A stretch of 64,000 nt of DNA from Eledone cirrhosa (GCA_964016885.1 OZ024743.1:39618001-39682000), one strand, 5' to 3'. Positions 39,529 to 54,513 are shown, numbered from the stretch's first letter. Translations and numbers: made by a program. Notes: generated by a model from the sequence alone, not told the origin.

Positions 39529-41689
39529 CTAGTCTACCCCCCACCCCGTGTCATTATGGGGTTTGAGGACGAGGTAAGTCCTACGCAATCTGTGTTTACA
39601 TGCAGTTACCAGTTCATCTTTCTTGTTTAGGAGTTGGTCCGTCGAAAACAGCATTTGTAAAGTTTCCCCCGAGCATAAATTGCACAGACGGCGTCCTCCC
39701 GTGTAAGAGTTGGCTCTGGACAGTAAGCTCCAAGTGAGATCATAGGTTATATTGTTATCCTTGAGGTCCCATATGTGGCCCGAAAGTGTAGTGGCGTGTC
39801 GCCGGGCTGGGTTTCGGAAGGTATGTCTGTGTTGGTATAGCCGTGTCTTGAAGTCACATGCGGTTAATCCTATATAAGCTTTGTTGGAGGTGTTCGTCCT
39901 CACGTTGCACTGGTAGATCACATTACGATCTCTGCATCTGTTGTCGAGGGGGCAAATGGATCCATCGGGACAGTTGCACCTCCTGGTCGGCTCTCCACTG
40001 CTATTTAGGTTATTTCTTCCATAGAGGTTGAGTTTTTTGTTGTTAGAGGAGACGATGTTTTGTGCAAAGTTTGGTGTGGTGCAGTAGGAGAGTTTGATGG
40101 TATTTTTGTTAATTATGTTGTGGTAGCGGTGTTTTAGAGGGAAGTGTTTTTCAATGAGCCCAATGAAGATTTTCCCGATAGGAGTTGTCACCTCGGCGTT
40201 GTTGGGAGGATTGAACTATGTTACGTTGCGTGAGCGGCGGTGTCGCCTGCTGGTTCCGCTAATTGAAGCTGGACAGTAGGATATTTCCTCCCGGAAACCA
40301 CTCCGCTTGAGGGCCTGGTTGTAATAAGGCGCATGTTCTTCGAATATCTGCTCATTAGCGGACAAACGAGATATGCGGAGGGAGATGTTTTTAACTAGGT
40401 TATTGGTGATGTTCCTAGGATGGTTTGACCCGCGGTGGATGTAGTGCAGGTTGTCGTTCGTTTTCCTGTATGGGAGGTAGAGATCATTATCGAGGTCAAG
40501 GGTAACGTCCAGGAAGTTTACTCGGATCAGGGACGTTTGTAGTGTCATTTTAAATCCCCAGTCGCGGACGAAGCTGATTAATTGTTTACGGACCGGATCT
40601 GTACTACTGGGGTTGTACCATTTAAGGGTAAGGAGCCCATCATCACGGTAAAATCCCCCGCCGAATGCAGGAAACATATTGGTGAGTTTGGCTATTAGGA
40701 ATAATCCTATAAGATCGGTGACCTCAGCCGAATCTGTCGCGCCCATTCTGACGTCGAAGGGTGAGTCGGGAGCTCTCTTTATCCATTTCGAGTTGTCGAA
40801 GTGTAGGACTGTCTTCATGGCATGGAGGATGATGTTTCTTTCCTGCTTGGTGATGGGCGCAAGTGTTTCGGTAAAGTCCAAGGCAGCCGTAAGTAGCGGT
40901 AAGGTAATTGAAGCATAGTAACTCTCTATGTCAAACTGGATGAATTTAGTATCTCGTTTGTCCTCCATATTGCTGTACCATGAAATTACTTCCTGGGTGT
41001 TGACCCATAGGGTAAGTCTGGCGTGTTGCTTAACTTTTGGTATAACGCGGTCTAGGATTTTTTTGATGAATCTCCCTATGTCGGACTCGTTGGGTTTATA
41101 AGCCTGATAGAAGGTTTACGGTCGAAATCGGATTTTTGGTCCTTCAGTGTGAAGTAGGGTGTCCGTGGCTCTAGGGGTTCCGTTCGGTCGGCGAGCTCGA
41201 GGCTGGAGTAATTTGTTGTCCATCTCGATTTATGTCCTCGATGCATGAGTGGTTAGCCTTTTTATAGGTGGAGATTAGCCTGCTCCTGATCAGTGTGTGG
41301 TATCTGTCGGGGTTGACAAAGTAGAGGTTACCAGTTTTATCCGAGTGCACCATGATGTCATTGGTGTTATCATACTCTGTTAACTTACTACGGAGTTTTT
41401 GTAGGAATCGGTTGTGTCTGGGTTTGAATTTAATGTTCTTGACCAGTTGGAAAAGGTCATTCTCGAAGGGTGAGAGCATAGGGTTCGGAGGGGGAGATTT
41501 GTAGATTATAAATCTGAATCTCTCCTTGGTACCGAAGTCCTGATTGTCGCAATATCTGTCGTAGAAAAAAGTTCTCCATCTAAGTCTTTTCGCAAATAGA
41601 TCAATTTTTTGCGTGAGCATCCGAAGGTAAAGTTTTTTCAGTGGGACTGGGATATTCTTGGTAGAGAAGTCGATGTTGTGTTTTCGCAT
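39529..41689 (-). pseudogene. Disrupted PLE RT-GIY-YIG ORF (fragments 41171-41689, 40216-40968, 39529-40191)
   Basis: FSTKNIPVP, SDKT, FIQFDIESYY, MGATDSAEVTDLIG, FYRDDG, CNCPDGSICPLDNRC, NVIY...AYIGLT, CNLC, LLNKKDE. Confidence 0.92.
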
Positions 41690-41844
41690 GGTGCGGGTGA
41701 AAGAACTTGAGTTTAGCAGAAAAGTCTGGATACGGCAAGTTCATGTACCTCTTCCCTCCACGAATTGCCATGATAGAATTATGTGTCTCAACAACAAACT
41801 TATGACCAACCCTTGTGACAATAACTTTTACCATATATGGAATT

Positions 41845-41923
41845 ACCCCCTGAGAAGCTCAGGCTATTCATATTCCAGGATAAGAATCAGCCGTCGAAAC
41901 GGCTTGAGCTCAGCCGTCGGGGT
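41845..41923 (+). ncRNA. Hammerhead-like fold with variant core CUGAGAA; sense copy at 38271-38366 (-)
   Basis: ACCCC CTGAGAA...GGCT-ATTC...GAAT-CAGCC..C GAAA CGGCT-TGAGCTC-AGCCG TC GGGGT. Confidence 0.6.
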
Positions 41924-42014
41924 CCTACTCGTTCCTTTTACCCACTCTACTACCCTAAGTATTGAGTACTTTGGTGCGTTATGGTCCACCTGGTTCCTTA
42001 CCGCATTTCCATAG

Positions 42015-42046
<32 letters not shown>

Positions 42047-42048
42047 GT

Positions 42049-42122
<74 letters not shown>

Positions 42123-42161
42123 GATATTAACAAATGGAAACTATATTTATAAAACCATATC

Positions 42162-42226
42162 TATTTTATTATACATATTTCAAGGATACCATGTTAAATT
42201 ATGGTATGCTTTCATCAGACAAAATA
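42162..42226 (-). ncRNA. Type I hammerhead ribozyme in a short PLE-end fragment (42121-42300)
   Basis: rc: TATTTTGT CTGATGA AAGCATACCAT-AATTTAAC-ATGGTATCCTT GAAA TATGTA TA ATAAAATA. Confidence 0.85.
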
Positions 42227-44153
42227 CAATATATACCAGTTTTATAAATAAATATTGACATACCCTTTCAAAATGCAACCGTTACTTTTGGAAGACATCA
42301 GGGATAGTGGGTTTGTTTATCTTAGTAAGTTGTTGTGTTAAGGAGAAGGAAAAAGACGGAGAGAGAGAAAACCGAGAGAGAGAAAAGTGGAGAAAGAAAG
42401 GGAGAGAAAGAAAAAGAAAAAATATATATATACATATAAAGAGAAAGACAGTGAGAATATTTAGATGAGCCTGTTCGTAGATAGTGGAGACTTGATAAAC
42501 TATATAGTATATTTTATCTATCAATGAAAAATGATATGAAGAGAAATCGGTCGACAAGATCCCAGGACTCTTTCGCTTACTCAGTGTGGTAGAAATGGTC
42601 GAAACCGACCAATGAGACTATGCTTTTATTCGTATTTCATTGTTGGAAACCGAACAGTCGTCCATCTACGGAATTCTCCCATCTCCTTACGCAGTTGTTT
42701 TTCAATGAAATGTCAGACATTGATACAACTTGATACAACATGGCGCCAGTGCAATTGCAATTAATTTTACCTGCTGAGTAGATTGAATCAACCTGAAATA
42801 TGTCTTATTCAAATGAACAATAATCCGAACGTCCGGGACACAAACTCTTGACACAACAATTGTGTTCCCAACAAAATAACCACTATGCTATTTGTGTATA
42901 GTGTTAAAATAATGCTGAAAGGGAAATGTTTCTTTTTATATTATTTCAAATATTTTGGAGAGATCAGTCATACATGCCGCTTTTTATTCAATAAAATTGA
43001 ATATGTCAGTGGTAATTATATGGGCCACCATTTAGATAATTGTTTTTCCTGAAGTTGTGTTATCAACTCCATGAAAATATACATAGTTTAACTGCTAAAT
43101 ATGAGTTATTGTATGATTCATTATCTTTGAAGTATTTCATGCCAAATATATTTTCTAATATATTCTCAGATTTAAATTTCATCCGATGTTGTTACTTGCA
43201 TATCAGGCAATATTCTACAATGTTTGTAGTCTTAAAATAACTGGAATCTTCCTTTGAAGATGTATTTTAAGATATTAGGAAATGCTGCTTCGGCGTAGAT
43301 TACGAATTGAATGTTATTTATCTTAGCCTCTTTGTTATTAGATGGTAATTTTGTTTTCTGTTTTGCTTTAAATTCTATCAAGGGTTATAACTATTTCTTG
43401 CATTGATGAATCAACTTCTATGGTAATGTAGAAAAGTTCATCTGTCATACCCCATTTGTAAATTTGCAAATTGAACATCGAAAATATTAGTAAATTTGAA
43501 TAAGATAGGCATGCACAAAATGAGGAGAAAAAAGAAAGAAATTATATTTGCACTCTATTCTTGTCCGGGTTTGTTAAGATCGGAGAAAACATTACGGTTG
43601 CGTGTTGCATTTTCTTCTATACCTGTTTGAGAAAATGTATATGCTGTACTAAAAGCCTTTCATTTCATAAAACATCTATGACTGTTGAAAGGTTACCTTT
43701 CACCTTCTGAATGCATTTCATGTCTGCTAAACGGATCGCATCTTCTTTCAGTAATGTTACAATTGGTTTTAACAGGCATAAAATTAATGTTTCGTGTTAG
43801 ATCATAAATAAACATATGTTATAACCGTATGTAATTGTTGCTTATTGAAACTTAGGTAAATATTTCTCATAAAGTTACATTTTTTAGGATGATAAAGCTG
43901 CTTCTTAATGTAAGGCTACTCATATTACTAATCAAATGAATACCTAGACAAACCGGATGCTGGAAATATAAACGTCAATCCTCTATAATATTTTAGATAT
44001 ATTGTTGGTTAACTGGTGACATGCAATTGGAATACCGGGTATGTAAATGTTACTTATTATTCCCATAAATCTACACCCCAAATTTAACACAAATATGTAT
44101 GCAACTATTCTCACTCTCTCTTTCTCTTCCCCCTCTCTCTCGCTCTCTCTCTT

Positions 44154-44247
<94 letters not shown>

Positions 44248-44394
44248 TATTAAGTTGTTAAACAATATTCGATGATTATGTCAAAAAATGAGTTTTACAG
44301 TAGATTGGAAGCACTCAACGAAAAATAATTTTCAGGAGTTATTAATATTAAAATATAAGTCTTAATAAAATAAATGTTCTTTTGATCAATTACA

Positions 44395-44446
44395 TTTTAT
44401 TTTACATATTTCGGATGTACAACAGTACGTCCTCATCAGAAAAAAA
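44395..44446 (-). ncRNA. Minimal type I hammerhead; the + copy at ~51285-51335 has a degenerate core (CTAAAGA)
   Basis: rc: TTTT CTGATGA GGACGTAC-TGTT-GTACATCC GAAA TATG TA AAATAAAA. Confidence 0.7.
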
Positions 44447-46029
44447 TATAATGATACATGACATACCCTGAGATCTTAAATGGTTAAGATTTAATCAAGG
44501 TAGTGATTACCCGATAGAAAATGTTACTTATATAATATCTGTGTCAGAGTGCGAAAACGTAATGTATTCATTAGAGAGTATGTGAGTAAGAAAAAACGTT
44601 GCATACTTAAAGTGTTCTAAAATATTAAATTGTATAAATACTACAATATATCGAGGGAAACGTCTCATGAATCATAACAGCCAGTGATAGCCACTGGAAA
44701 AAGATTTATGAGGAGGGAAAGATAAAGCGTGTGTGTATGGGGGGGGGGGGGAGTCGAAAGTTAAACGGTTAGACTTTGAAAATATTTAATTTAGAATATT
44801 AATGTGAAGACTCCAGATTTCAGGATTATTTGCTTGTTATTTATATATTATTTATATAAATTCGATAAGTGTGTTATCATTTCTAAACTTCTGAATTGTG
44901 AGAATAACATTTTAAAGGATTTAGCTGGCACGTAAAGAATGAAATATTATTTTGTTGATTAATTAGCTAAATCTAAACTTTAACAAATATCTCAACACAT
45001 TAGGTATGTAAAGATCTTGAGGTACTTATTGTTATAAATATTTGAATACCTATTATGTATATAGGTATATATTAATGAGTCAGTATGCATAAGGTAAATA
45101 ATAGCGACGAAGATAAAAATAAAATAAAATATTATGTTACGGATAAAATGTATACATATGTATAAATGGGTGTAAATGTACTAATTATTCTTCAACCAAG
45201 ATATCAACATATTATTAGATATAGGGATGTATATATATAGATATATATTAGGTATTATTAATGTAGTATACTTTAGGTAAATAATAACAGGTATACTCTT
45301 AACAACGTGTTACATTAAAATATATATATATATATAAGAAAAACGAACAATGAATGCATGTATAAAGTTCAAAATAATGTCTATAATAATTTTTAGTTTG
45401 GATATTTTCTCTATATTTGAATCATGTATATAGAAGTATGGTTGGTATATTTTAAAATATTAAAAAATATATAAAATACAATATATAATTACATATATAT
45501 TATAGAACATTATATTATAAATAAATAAATAAAGAGATCGAAAGAACAGTGAAACATTCACATTTATATATAAGTTTGAATCCGTCTCAAATTTAGATTT
45601 TATAGTGCAGTAAGTATATTTAAAAGAAATATATGCTATATTATACTATAAATAATAGATCAAAAAGTTATTAAACATTTGGAGTTATAGATAAGTTTCA
45701 TAAAAAATGTTGGATTGGGTATTAAAACTAAAATTTAAAAGAGATTATAAATGTATTAAAATGTCACAGTTAAATAAATTCAATAGATATGTAAGGATTA
45801 GCTTTTGTACTAAATTATAGATAAATGGTGGTGTTGATCAAAGTTAACAAATAAAGTTGTGTGTATCAATGTTTAGGCATGCTAATTGAAATATAGTCAT
45901 TCATTCTAACGTTGTTTTTTCTATAGATATTTATAAAATAAAGCAATATTAGAGGCCATTGATGTTTTGTACTGTTGATTATATATTCCTGGTAACCGAG
46001 TTGTTATTTGTTCTTTCTTTCTCGTTTTA

Positions 46030-46743
46030 TGTGAGGCTAAAAAAGTGGACATAGCTAATGGAGGCAATTAGAGAATAATTCACTTTTGTTTGTTAATTAA
46101 GGTCTCATAATTATTAATAATCAACAGGCTCTCCATTGTATAGAGCGGGCAGTTATTTGACATACTAGAGTTGCGGTAAATTCCACAGTACCGAAGTGTT
46201 GTCCAAAGAATGGAGTATTCCAGATGTTTTTCTTTTAAAGACCATATCAGCTGTGATAAAGAAATTGATGATTTCTTCTTAGAGTTCGAGAATGAGCATT
46301 TATGGTTCGCGAAACGAAGTTTGAATGTGGACGAGGTTGATCCAATGTAATTGTATGTTTTATTGTCAGTTTTTACGGTGCATTTATAAACCAAATTACT
46401 ATCTAATCAATTATTTTGCAAAGGGCAATTACTTTTATTTCTACAATTACAATTTGGTGTAGTATCATTAATGTTAACTCCATTATTATGATCATTATGT
46501 TGGTTTGGTTTTAGGATTTTGGCGTTTAATTTGGCGATGTTTTGGGCTATGGTACTGGTTGTAGAATTTGCGAATTTAATGGTATGTCTATTAAAAATGG
46601 AATGGTATTTATGTTGAGTAGGGAAAGTGGTGTCAAGAGCTTTAAAGTATAGTTTTGCAATTGGTGTTTTAACTGCGACCGAAGCTGGAGCTGCAAACCA
46701 TATGACAGGTTTAGATCTATTTCGTATTCTCGATTTATTTAGC
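46030..46743 (-). pseudogene. Inverted duplicate of the PLE linker/GIY-YIG region
   Basis: ORFs 46080-46394 and part of 46407-47003: CNCRNKSNCPLQNN, VYKC...YNYIGSTS. Confidence 0.8.
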
Positions 46744-48150
46744 GAGAATAAACATACCGATCTAACCACAAATGAAATAGATATCATTTTAACAGCTAGA
46801 AGAACTCTCATTAACTTCAATAACGAACTTTGGACACGCTCAGATAGAGATAGAAACATTGATATCACTATGGTGGCATCTGATTCCGCGCAAATCAAAG
46901 ATCCTCTGGTAATTTTTATATTAAACATGATAAATAGAAAACTGCCGGAGATTACCGGTGGTTTATATAGAGATGACATTTTATTTACGGTGGTCAAACA
47001 CAATAATATAGAATTAAATATAGTTGAAATATAATAGAATTCTTTAAAACGTACGACCTTAAATTAGAAGTAGAAAATGGTACCAAAATAGTTAATTTCC
47101 TTGACGTTACCTTTAACTTAAACACTGGCTTCTATTACCCTTTTCATAAGCCTAATGAAAACTTAAACTATGTTAGTAACTATTCAAATCACCCTAGATC
47201 TGAAAAAAAAGCTATAGTAAATAGTGTGCAAAAACGTATTAATAAAATATCAGCTAATAAAGATATATTTGATAAAAATGCGGAATATTACAACAACGCT
47301 TTAAACAGAGCAGGATATATGTATAATATAGAATGTGTACATAACAACAATACAAGTATTATTCCTAATATTAATAATAACAATTATAAAACATATAAGA
47401 GTAACTCTAATAACTATAACTCAAACACACATACGCTAAATAAATCGAGAATACGAAATAGATCTAAACCTGTCATATGGTTTGCAGCTCCAGCTTCGGT
47501 CGCAGTTAAAACACCAATTGCAAAACTATACTTTAAAGCTCTTGATACCACTTTCCCTACTCAACATAAATACCATTCCATTTTTAATAGACATACCATT
47601 AAATTCGCAAATTCTACAACCAGTACCATAGCCCAAAACAACGCCAAATTAAACGCCACAATCCTAAAACCAAACCAACATAATGATCATAATAATGGAG
47701 TTAACATTAATGATACTACACCAAATTGTAATTGTTGAAATAAAAGTAATTGCCCTTTGCAAAATAATTGATTAGATAGTAATTTGGTTTATAAATGCAC
47801 CGTAAAAACTGACAATAAAACATACAATTACATTGGATCAACCTCGTCAACATTCAAACTTCGTTTGGCGAAACCTAAATGCTCATTCTCGAACTCTAAG
47901 AAGAAATCATCCACGTCTTTATCACAGCTCATATGGTCTTTAAAAGAGAAAAATCTGGAATACTAAATTCTTTGGACAAAACTTCGGAACTATGGAATTT
48001 ACCGCAACTCTAGTATATCAAATAACTGCCCGCTCTGTACAATGGAGACCCTGTTGATTAGTAATAAGTATGAGACCTTAATTAACAAAAAAAGCGAATT
48101 ATTCTCTAATTGCCTCCATAAAGATATGTCCACTTTTTAGCCTCACATAA
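46744..48150 (+). pseudogene. Decayed PLE RT (3' half) + GIY-YIG
   Basis: ILTARRT, DITMVASDSAQ, GGLYRDD, NFLDVTFNL, NHP, WFAAP, CNC, VYKC...YIGSTS, with stops and frameshifts. Confidence 0.88.
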
Positions 48151-49337
48151 AACGAGAAATAATGAACAAATAACAACTCGGTTACCAGGAATATATAATC
48201 AACAGTACAAAACATCAATGGCCTTTAATATTGCTTTATTTTATAAATATCTATAGAAAAAACAACGTTAGAATGAATGACAATATTTCAATTAGCATAC
48301 CTAAACATTGATACACACAACTTTATTTGTTAACTTTGATCAGTACCACCATTTATCTATAATTTAGTACACTACCTAATCCTTACATATCTATTGAATT
48401 TATTTAACAGTGAATTTTTAATACATTCGTAATCTCTTTTAAATTTTAGTTTTAATACCCAATCCAAACATTTTTTATGAAACTTATCTATAACTCCAAA
48501 TGTTTAATAACTTTTTTATCTATTATTTATAGTATAATATAGCATATATTTCTTTTAAATATACTTACTGTACTATACAATCTAAATTTGAGACGGATTC
48601 AAAATGATATATAAATGTGAATTATTCGCTGTACTTTCGATCTCTTATTTATTTATTTATAATATAATGTTTTATAATAGATATGTAGTTATATATTGTA
48701 TTTAATATATTTTTAAATATATTTAAATATACCTACCATACTTCTATATATATGATCCAAATATAGAGAAAATATCCAAACTAAAAATTATTATAGACAT
48801 TATTTTGAACATTATACATGCATACATTGATCGTTTTTCTTATATATATATATATATATATTTGTTTTAATGTAACACGTTGTTAAGAGTATAACTGTTA
48901 TCATTTACCTAAAGTATACTACATTAATAATACCTAATATATATCTATATATATACATCACTATATCTAATAATATCTTCGTTGAAGAATAATTAGTACA
49001 TTTACACCCATTTATACATATGTATACATTATATCCGTAACATATTTTATTTTATTTTTATCTTCGTCCGTATTATTTACCTTATACCTACTGACTCATT
49101 AATATATACCTATATACATAATAGGTATTCAAATATTTATAACAATAAGTTCTTCAAAAGCTTTACATACCTAATGTGTTGAGATATTTGTTAAAGTTTA
49201 GATTTTGGTAATTAATCAACAAAATAATATTTCATTCTTTACGTGCCAGCTAAATCCTTTAAAATGTTATTCTCACAATTCAGACTCTAGAAATGATAAT
49301 ACACTTATCGAATTTATATAAATAATATATAAATAAA

Positions 49338-49880
49338 CAGAAAAAATGAAACGAAATTTCATTTCCCACTCTTAGTACGGCTGTTATTTAAATATAAGTA
49401 TGTACACTTACATACATATATGTAAACAGACGTACAGTAGTATGTATATATATATATATATATACATACATACACACATATATATATATGTACGTATGGA
49501 TTCACCGAACATATATTATAATGCTCGGTGTGTTTGTAAATAAACATCCTGTATTCAGCCGTAATGTCTAGCAACCATCGTTGCTCGTTTGTTCAACACT
49601 GAGAAAGTAACGCTGTACTAGTTTCAAGCTTATTAGCTATCGTCAGAAAAGTATACCTTCCTGCCAGATTGTTGAACGTATATACTTACCGTATGCATAT
49701 TAACGGCTGAGTAGCCCATTTTGCATATCGAGTGGGTTAATCGGCCGGGTGCACCGAAAACGATAAAAGGAAAAAAATGAAACAAAATTTCATTTCCCAC
49801 TCATAGTACGGCTGTTACTTAAATATAAGTATGTACACGTACATACATATATGTATACATACGTACAGGACGTACAGCAG

Positions 49881-49919
<39 letters not shown>

Positions 49920-50893
49920 GCACACATATATATATATATGTACGTATGGATTCACCGAACATTTATTATAATGCTCGGTGTGTTTGTAAACAAACATCCC
50001 GTATTAAGCCGTAGTGTCCAGCAACCATCGTTTCTCGTTTGATCAATACTGACAAAGGAACGCTGTACTAGTTTCAAGCTTATTAGCTATTGTCAGCAAC
50101 GTATACCTTCCTGCCAGATTGTTGAACGTATATACTTACCTTATGCATATTAACGGCTGAGTAGCCCAATTTGCATATCGAGTGTGTTACTCGCTGGGTG
50201 CACCGAACACGATAAACGGAAAAAATGAAAGGAAATTTCATTTCACACTTTTAGTACGGCTGTTACTTAAATATAAGTATGGACACATACATACATATAT
50301 GTATACAGACGTACAGTAGTATGTATATATATATATATACACACATGCACACATATATATATATGTACGTATGGATTCACCGAACATTTATTATGATGCT
50401 AGGTGTGTTTGTAAACAAGCATCCCGTATTAAGCCGTAGTGTCTAGCAACCATCTTTGCTCGTTTGTTCAACATTGACAAAGGAACGCTGTACTAGTTTC
50501 AAGCTTATTAGCTATTGTCAGCAACGTATACCTTCCTGCCAGATTGTTGAACGTATATACTTAACTTATGCATATTAACGGCAGAGTAGCCCAATTTGCC
50601 TATCGAGTGGGTTAATCGGTCGGGTGCACCGAAAACGATAAAAGGAAAAAATGAAACGAAATTTCATTTCCCACTCATAGTACGGCTGTTACTTAAATAT
50701 AAGTATGTACACGTACATACATATATGTATACAGACGTACAGTAGTATGTATATATATATATACATACATGCACACATATATATATGTACGTATGGATTC
50801 ACCGAACATTTATTATAATGCTCGGTGTGTTTGTAAACAAACATCCCGTATTAAGCCGTAGTGTCTAGCAACCATCGTTGCTCGTTTGTTCAC
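49338..50893 (-). mobile_element. Tandem array (~3.6 units of ~425-450 bp) of a non-coding HHR repeat (retrozyme-like), 12-bp TSD TATATAAATAAA
   Basis: Unit starts at ~49341, 49772, 50219, 50645; HHRs at 49610-49652, 50060-50102, 50485-50527; TSD at 49326-49337 and 50894-50905; absent from the mirror arm at ~44835-44850. Confidence 0.88.
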
Positions 50894-51376
50894 TATATAA
50901 ATAAATAGCAAATAATCCTGAAATCTGGAGTCTTCGCATTAATATTATAAATTAAATATTTTCAAAGTCTAACCGTTTAACGTTCACCCCCCACCCCCAC
51001 ACACACACGCTTTATCTTTCCCTCCTTATAAATATTTTTCCAGTGGCTATCACTTGCTGTTATGAGTTATGAGACGTTTCCCTAGATATATTGTAGTATC
51101 ATACAATTTACAATTTTAGAACACTTTAAGTATGCAACATTTTTTCTTATATACTCACTAATGAATATATTACATTTTCGCACTATTACACAGATATTTA
51201 TAAGTAAAACTTTCTATCGGGTAATCACTACCCCGATTAAATCTTAACCATTTAACATCTCAGGGTATGTCATGTATCATTATATTTTGTCTAAAGAGGA
51301 CGTACTGTTGTACATCCGAAATATGTAAAATAAAATGTAATTGATCAAAAGAATATCTATTTTATTAATACTTATA

Positions 51377-51524
<148 letters not shown>

Positions 51525-52549
51525 AATTAATAAAAAACAATGAATAAAATCAAAGAACAAGTTCCTTATATTAAAAAATTCATCATTTTACGATCTTTTC
51601 TAGGATATATATGTGTGTTGGTATGTATATCATATAGATCTAAGTAAAAATAGTTTACAAACTATCAGAGGAGATATACATACCTTCACATATTAATGCT
51701 GTCTTCAGAAACAATGATATTTGTTTATTGAAAAAACCCAATACAGATATAATATAATAGGTCTGTTTGGGAACAGGTTTTGAATTGACCAATAGAAAAG
51801 TAGTAAGAGGTCAAGTTGATAGAATAGTAGTAGTAGAAATTTAATTTAGGGTAGAGGAATGCAGACTTAGGTTTTGAATGGAAAGAATACTATGAAGGAA
51901 AAGAATACTTTGGGGATGAAAAGAGGTCAAGTTAGTGAAGGGTACACGAACATTTGATGCTATTAAAGAATAATGTTAATGTTAAAACCGAAGAAGAATA
52001 ACATTTTAAGGTAAAGGTGTTAGTGAGAAATACCATTTTTATTTAAAACACAAGGAATGTAGATCTATAACAAGAAATTAAATTAATTGATAGGTATACT
52101 TATAGGGATAAATTTATATTAATTCATAGGGATGTGATAAATAAGAATTAGATGTTATTAAAGAAAGTTGTAAAAACGAAGGAAAATAAAATCTTGGGAT
52201 AAATGTAGTAGTGAGAAATACCAATCTTATATAGACTACAAGGAATATAGCTTCATAACAGGAAATTAAATTAATTTATATGTATATTTTTAGGTATTAA
52301 TTTTAGGAAAAGAGAGCTGTAAGAGGAAAATAAAATTATGAAGTTCTCTGTAGTAAAGTACTAATTATAGGTTAACTAATTAAAAAAAACTAATTATAAT
52401 AATATGTAAAATATAAGTGTAAGGTGTATATTAATTAGGTTTATAATATTTGACAGTTCTAATAATTCTATGATTGCAAGATATAATTAATTCCTGTCGC
52501 TTATTTAATAGGATATCCTTAGATTTCAATATTTCAAATTTTAAATAGA

Positions 52550-53190
52550 TCAACTGTCAAATTTTCCTACTCCACTACCAAAAATATACAACAAAATATG
52601 AGTGCGTACAATGCATATAAATGTAAAAAAATACACGAATATACCAGCAACTCATTAAAACCAACCATAATACTAAAATAAACCGCAACAAACCATCATC
52701 TCCTTCACATATTGAGTAAATTCCACACCAAATTTGACTAACTCCCCTGATATAATATTCGCGAATGGTTGTAACTGTAGAAACAAAAGAAATTGCCCAT
52801 TAAAGGGAAATTATCTTATAAATAACATAGTATATAAATGTAAAATTAGCACTAAGGACTCAACTTATTCATATATAGGAGCTACGTCTAACCAATTTAT
52901 AGTAAGTTTTAATAACCACAAACATATTTTTTTTTAAATGCCGCATTAGCTAATACAACATCATTGGCTGAAACAATTAATAATTATTGAAAAAAGAATA
53001 TCAATTACAACCAGACCTGGTGTGTGCTCAAATGGGCCACCCCTTATCAAAATAACAGATATGAGTGTAGATTATTCTCCCAGGAACGTTTTGAAATAAT
53101 GAAATCTAAGGATATCCTATTAAATAAGCGACAAGAATTAATTATATCTTGCAATCATAGAATTAGAAGAACTTTCAAATATTATAAACC
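52550..53190 (+). pseudogene. Decayed PLE linker + GIY-YIG fragment
   Basis: GCNCRNKRNCPLKGNYLINNIVYKCKI...YSYIGATS, then LLNKRQEL..SCNHR downstream. Confidence 0.82.
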
Positions 53191-53584
53191 TAATTAATAT
53201 ACACCTCACACATATATTTTACATATTATTATAATTAGTTTTTTTCAATTTAGTTAACCTATAATTAGTTCTTTACTACAGAGAACTTCATAATTTGATT
53301 TACCTCTTACAGCTCTCTTTTCCTAAAATTAATACCTAAAGTATACATATGAATTAATTTAATTTCCTTTTAAGAATCTAGATTCCTCGTAGTGTATATA
53401 ATATTGATATTTCTCACTACTACATTTATTCCAACATTTTATTTGCCTTCGTTTTTCACAACTTTCTTTAATAACATCTAATTCTTATTTATCACATCCA
53501 TATGAATTAATATAAATGTATCCATATAAGTATAGGTATGTATGTATACGTACATACATATATGTATACAGACGTACAGTAGCA

Positions 53585-53673
<89 letters not shown>

Positions 53674-53820
53674 GTACACATACATATATGTACGTATCAG
53701 TTTAGCGGACGCTTATTATAGCGCCCGCATGTTCGTTTGTAAACAAACTGAACAGCCTGAATTTATGCCGTACGGTGTTAAGGCAACCACGTCACCTTTT
53801 TGTTCAACACTGACACAGGA

Positions 53821-53863
53821 ACTATGTACTAGTTTCAAGCTTGTTAGCTATCATCAGCACCGT
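53821..53863 (-). ncRNA. Minimal type I hammerhead (inverted unit)
   Basis: rc: ACGGTG CTGATGA TAGCT-AACA-AGCTT GAAA CTAG TA CATAGT. Confidence 0.85.
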
Positions 53864-54024
53864 ATACCCTTCTGCCAGATGGTTGAACATTCGAAAGTAT
53901 ATACTTTCCTTATGAAAATTAACGGCTGAGCAGCCTAATTTGCATATCGAGTGAGTTCGGCCAGGCGTACCGAGAACGATAAATTGTAATAAAATGAACG
54001 TTCAACCATCTGGCAGAAGGGTAT

Positions 54025-54067
54025 ACGGTGCTGATGATAGCTAACAAGCTTGAAACTAGTACATCGT
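54025..54067 (+). ncRNA. Minimal type I hammerhead, intact, palindromic stem III CTAG, cleavage after 54061
   Basis: ACGGTG CTGATGA TAGCT-AACA-AGCTT GAAA CTAG TA CATCGT. Confidence 0.9.
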
Positions 54068-54470
54068 TCCTGTATCAGTGTTGAACAAAAAGGTGACGTG
54101 GTTGCCTTAACACCGTATGGCATAAATTCAGGCTGTTCAATTTGTTTACAAACGAACAAAGCGGGCGCTATAATAAGCGTCCGCTAAACTGATACGTACA
54201 TATATGTATGTGTACCTGTATGTATATATATATATATACATGCTACTGTACGTATGTATATATATGTATGTACGTATACATACATACTTACATTTAAGTA
54301 AGTGCCGTACTAAGAGTGAGAAATGAAATTTCGTTTTCATTTTATTACAACTTATCGTTCTCGTTACGCCTGGCCGAACTCACTCGATATGCAAATTAGG
54401 CTGCTCAGCCGTTAATTTTCATAAGGAAAGTATATACTTTCGAACGTTCAACCATCTGGCAGAAAGGTAT

Positions 54471-54513
54471 ACGGTGCTGATGATAGCTAACAAGCTTGAA
54501 ACTAGTACATCGT
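54471..54513 (+). ncRNA. Minimal type I hammerhead, intact (next tandem unit)
   Basis: Identical to 54025-54067, 446 bp downstream. Confidence 0.9.

Noticed and set aside
47736-47738. In-frame TGA after CNC as possible selenocysteine (as in some Naiad PLEs)
   Set aside because: The mirror copy (~46440) has AGA (Arg) at this position and the ORF has other lesions; it is a nonsense mutation, and the intact 775-aa ORF has no internal TGA
49338-50893. CRISPR-like or simple satellite array
   Set aside because: Units are ~430-450 bp with no unique spacers, in a eukaryotic context; the TSD and HHR point to retroposition
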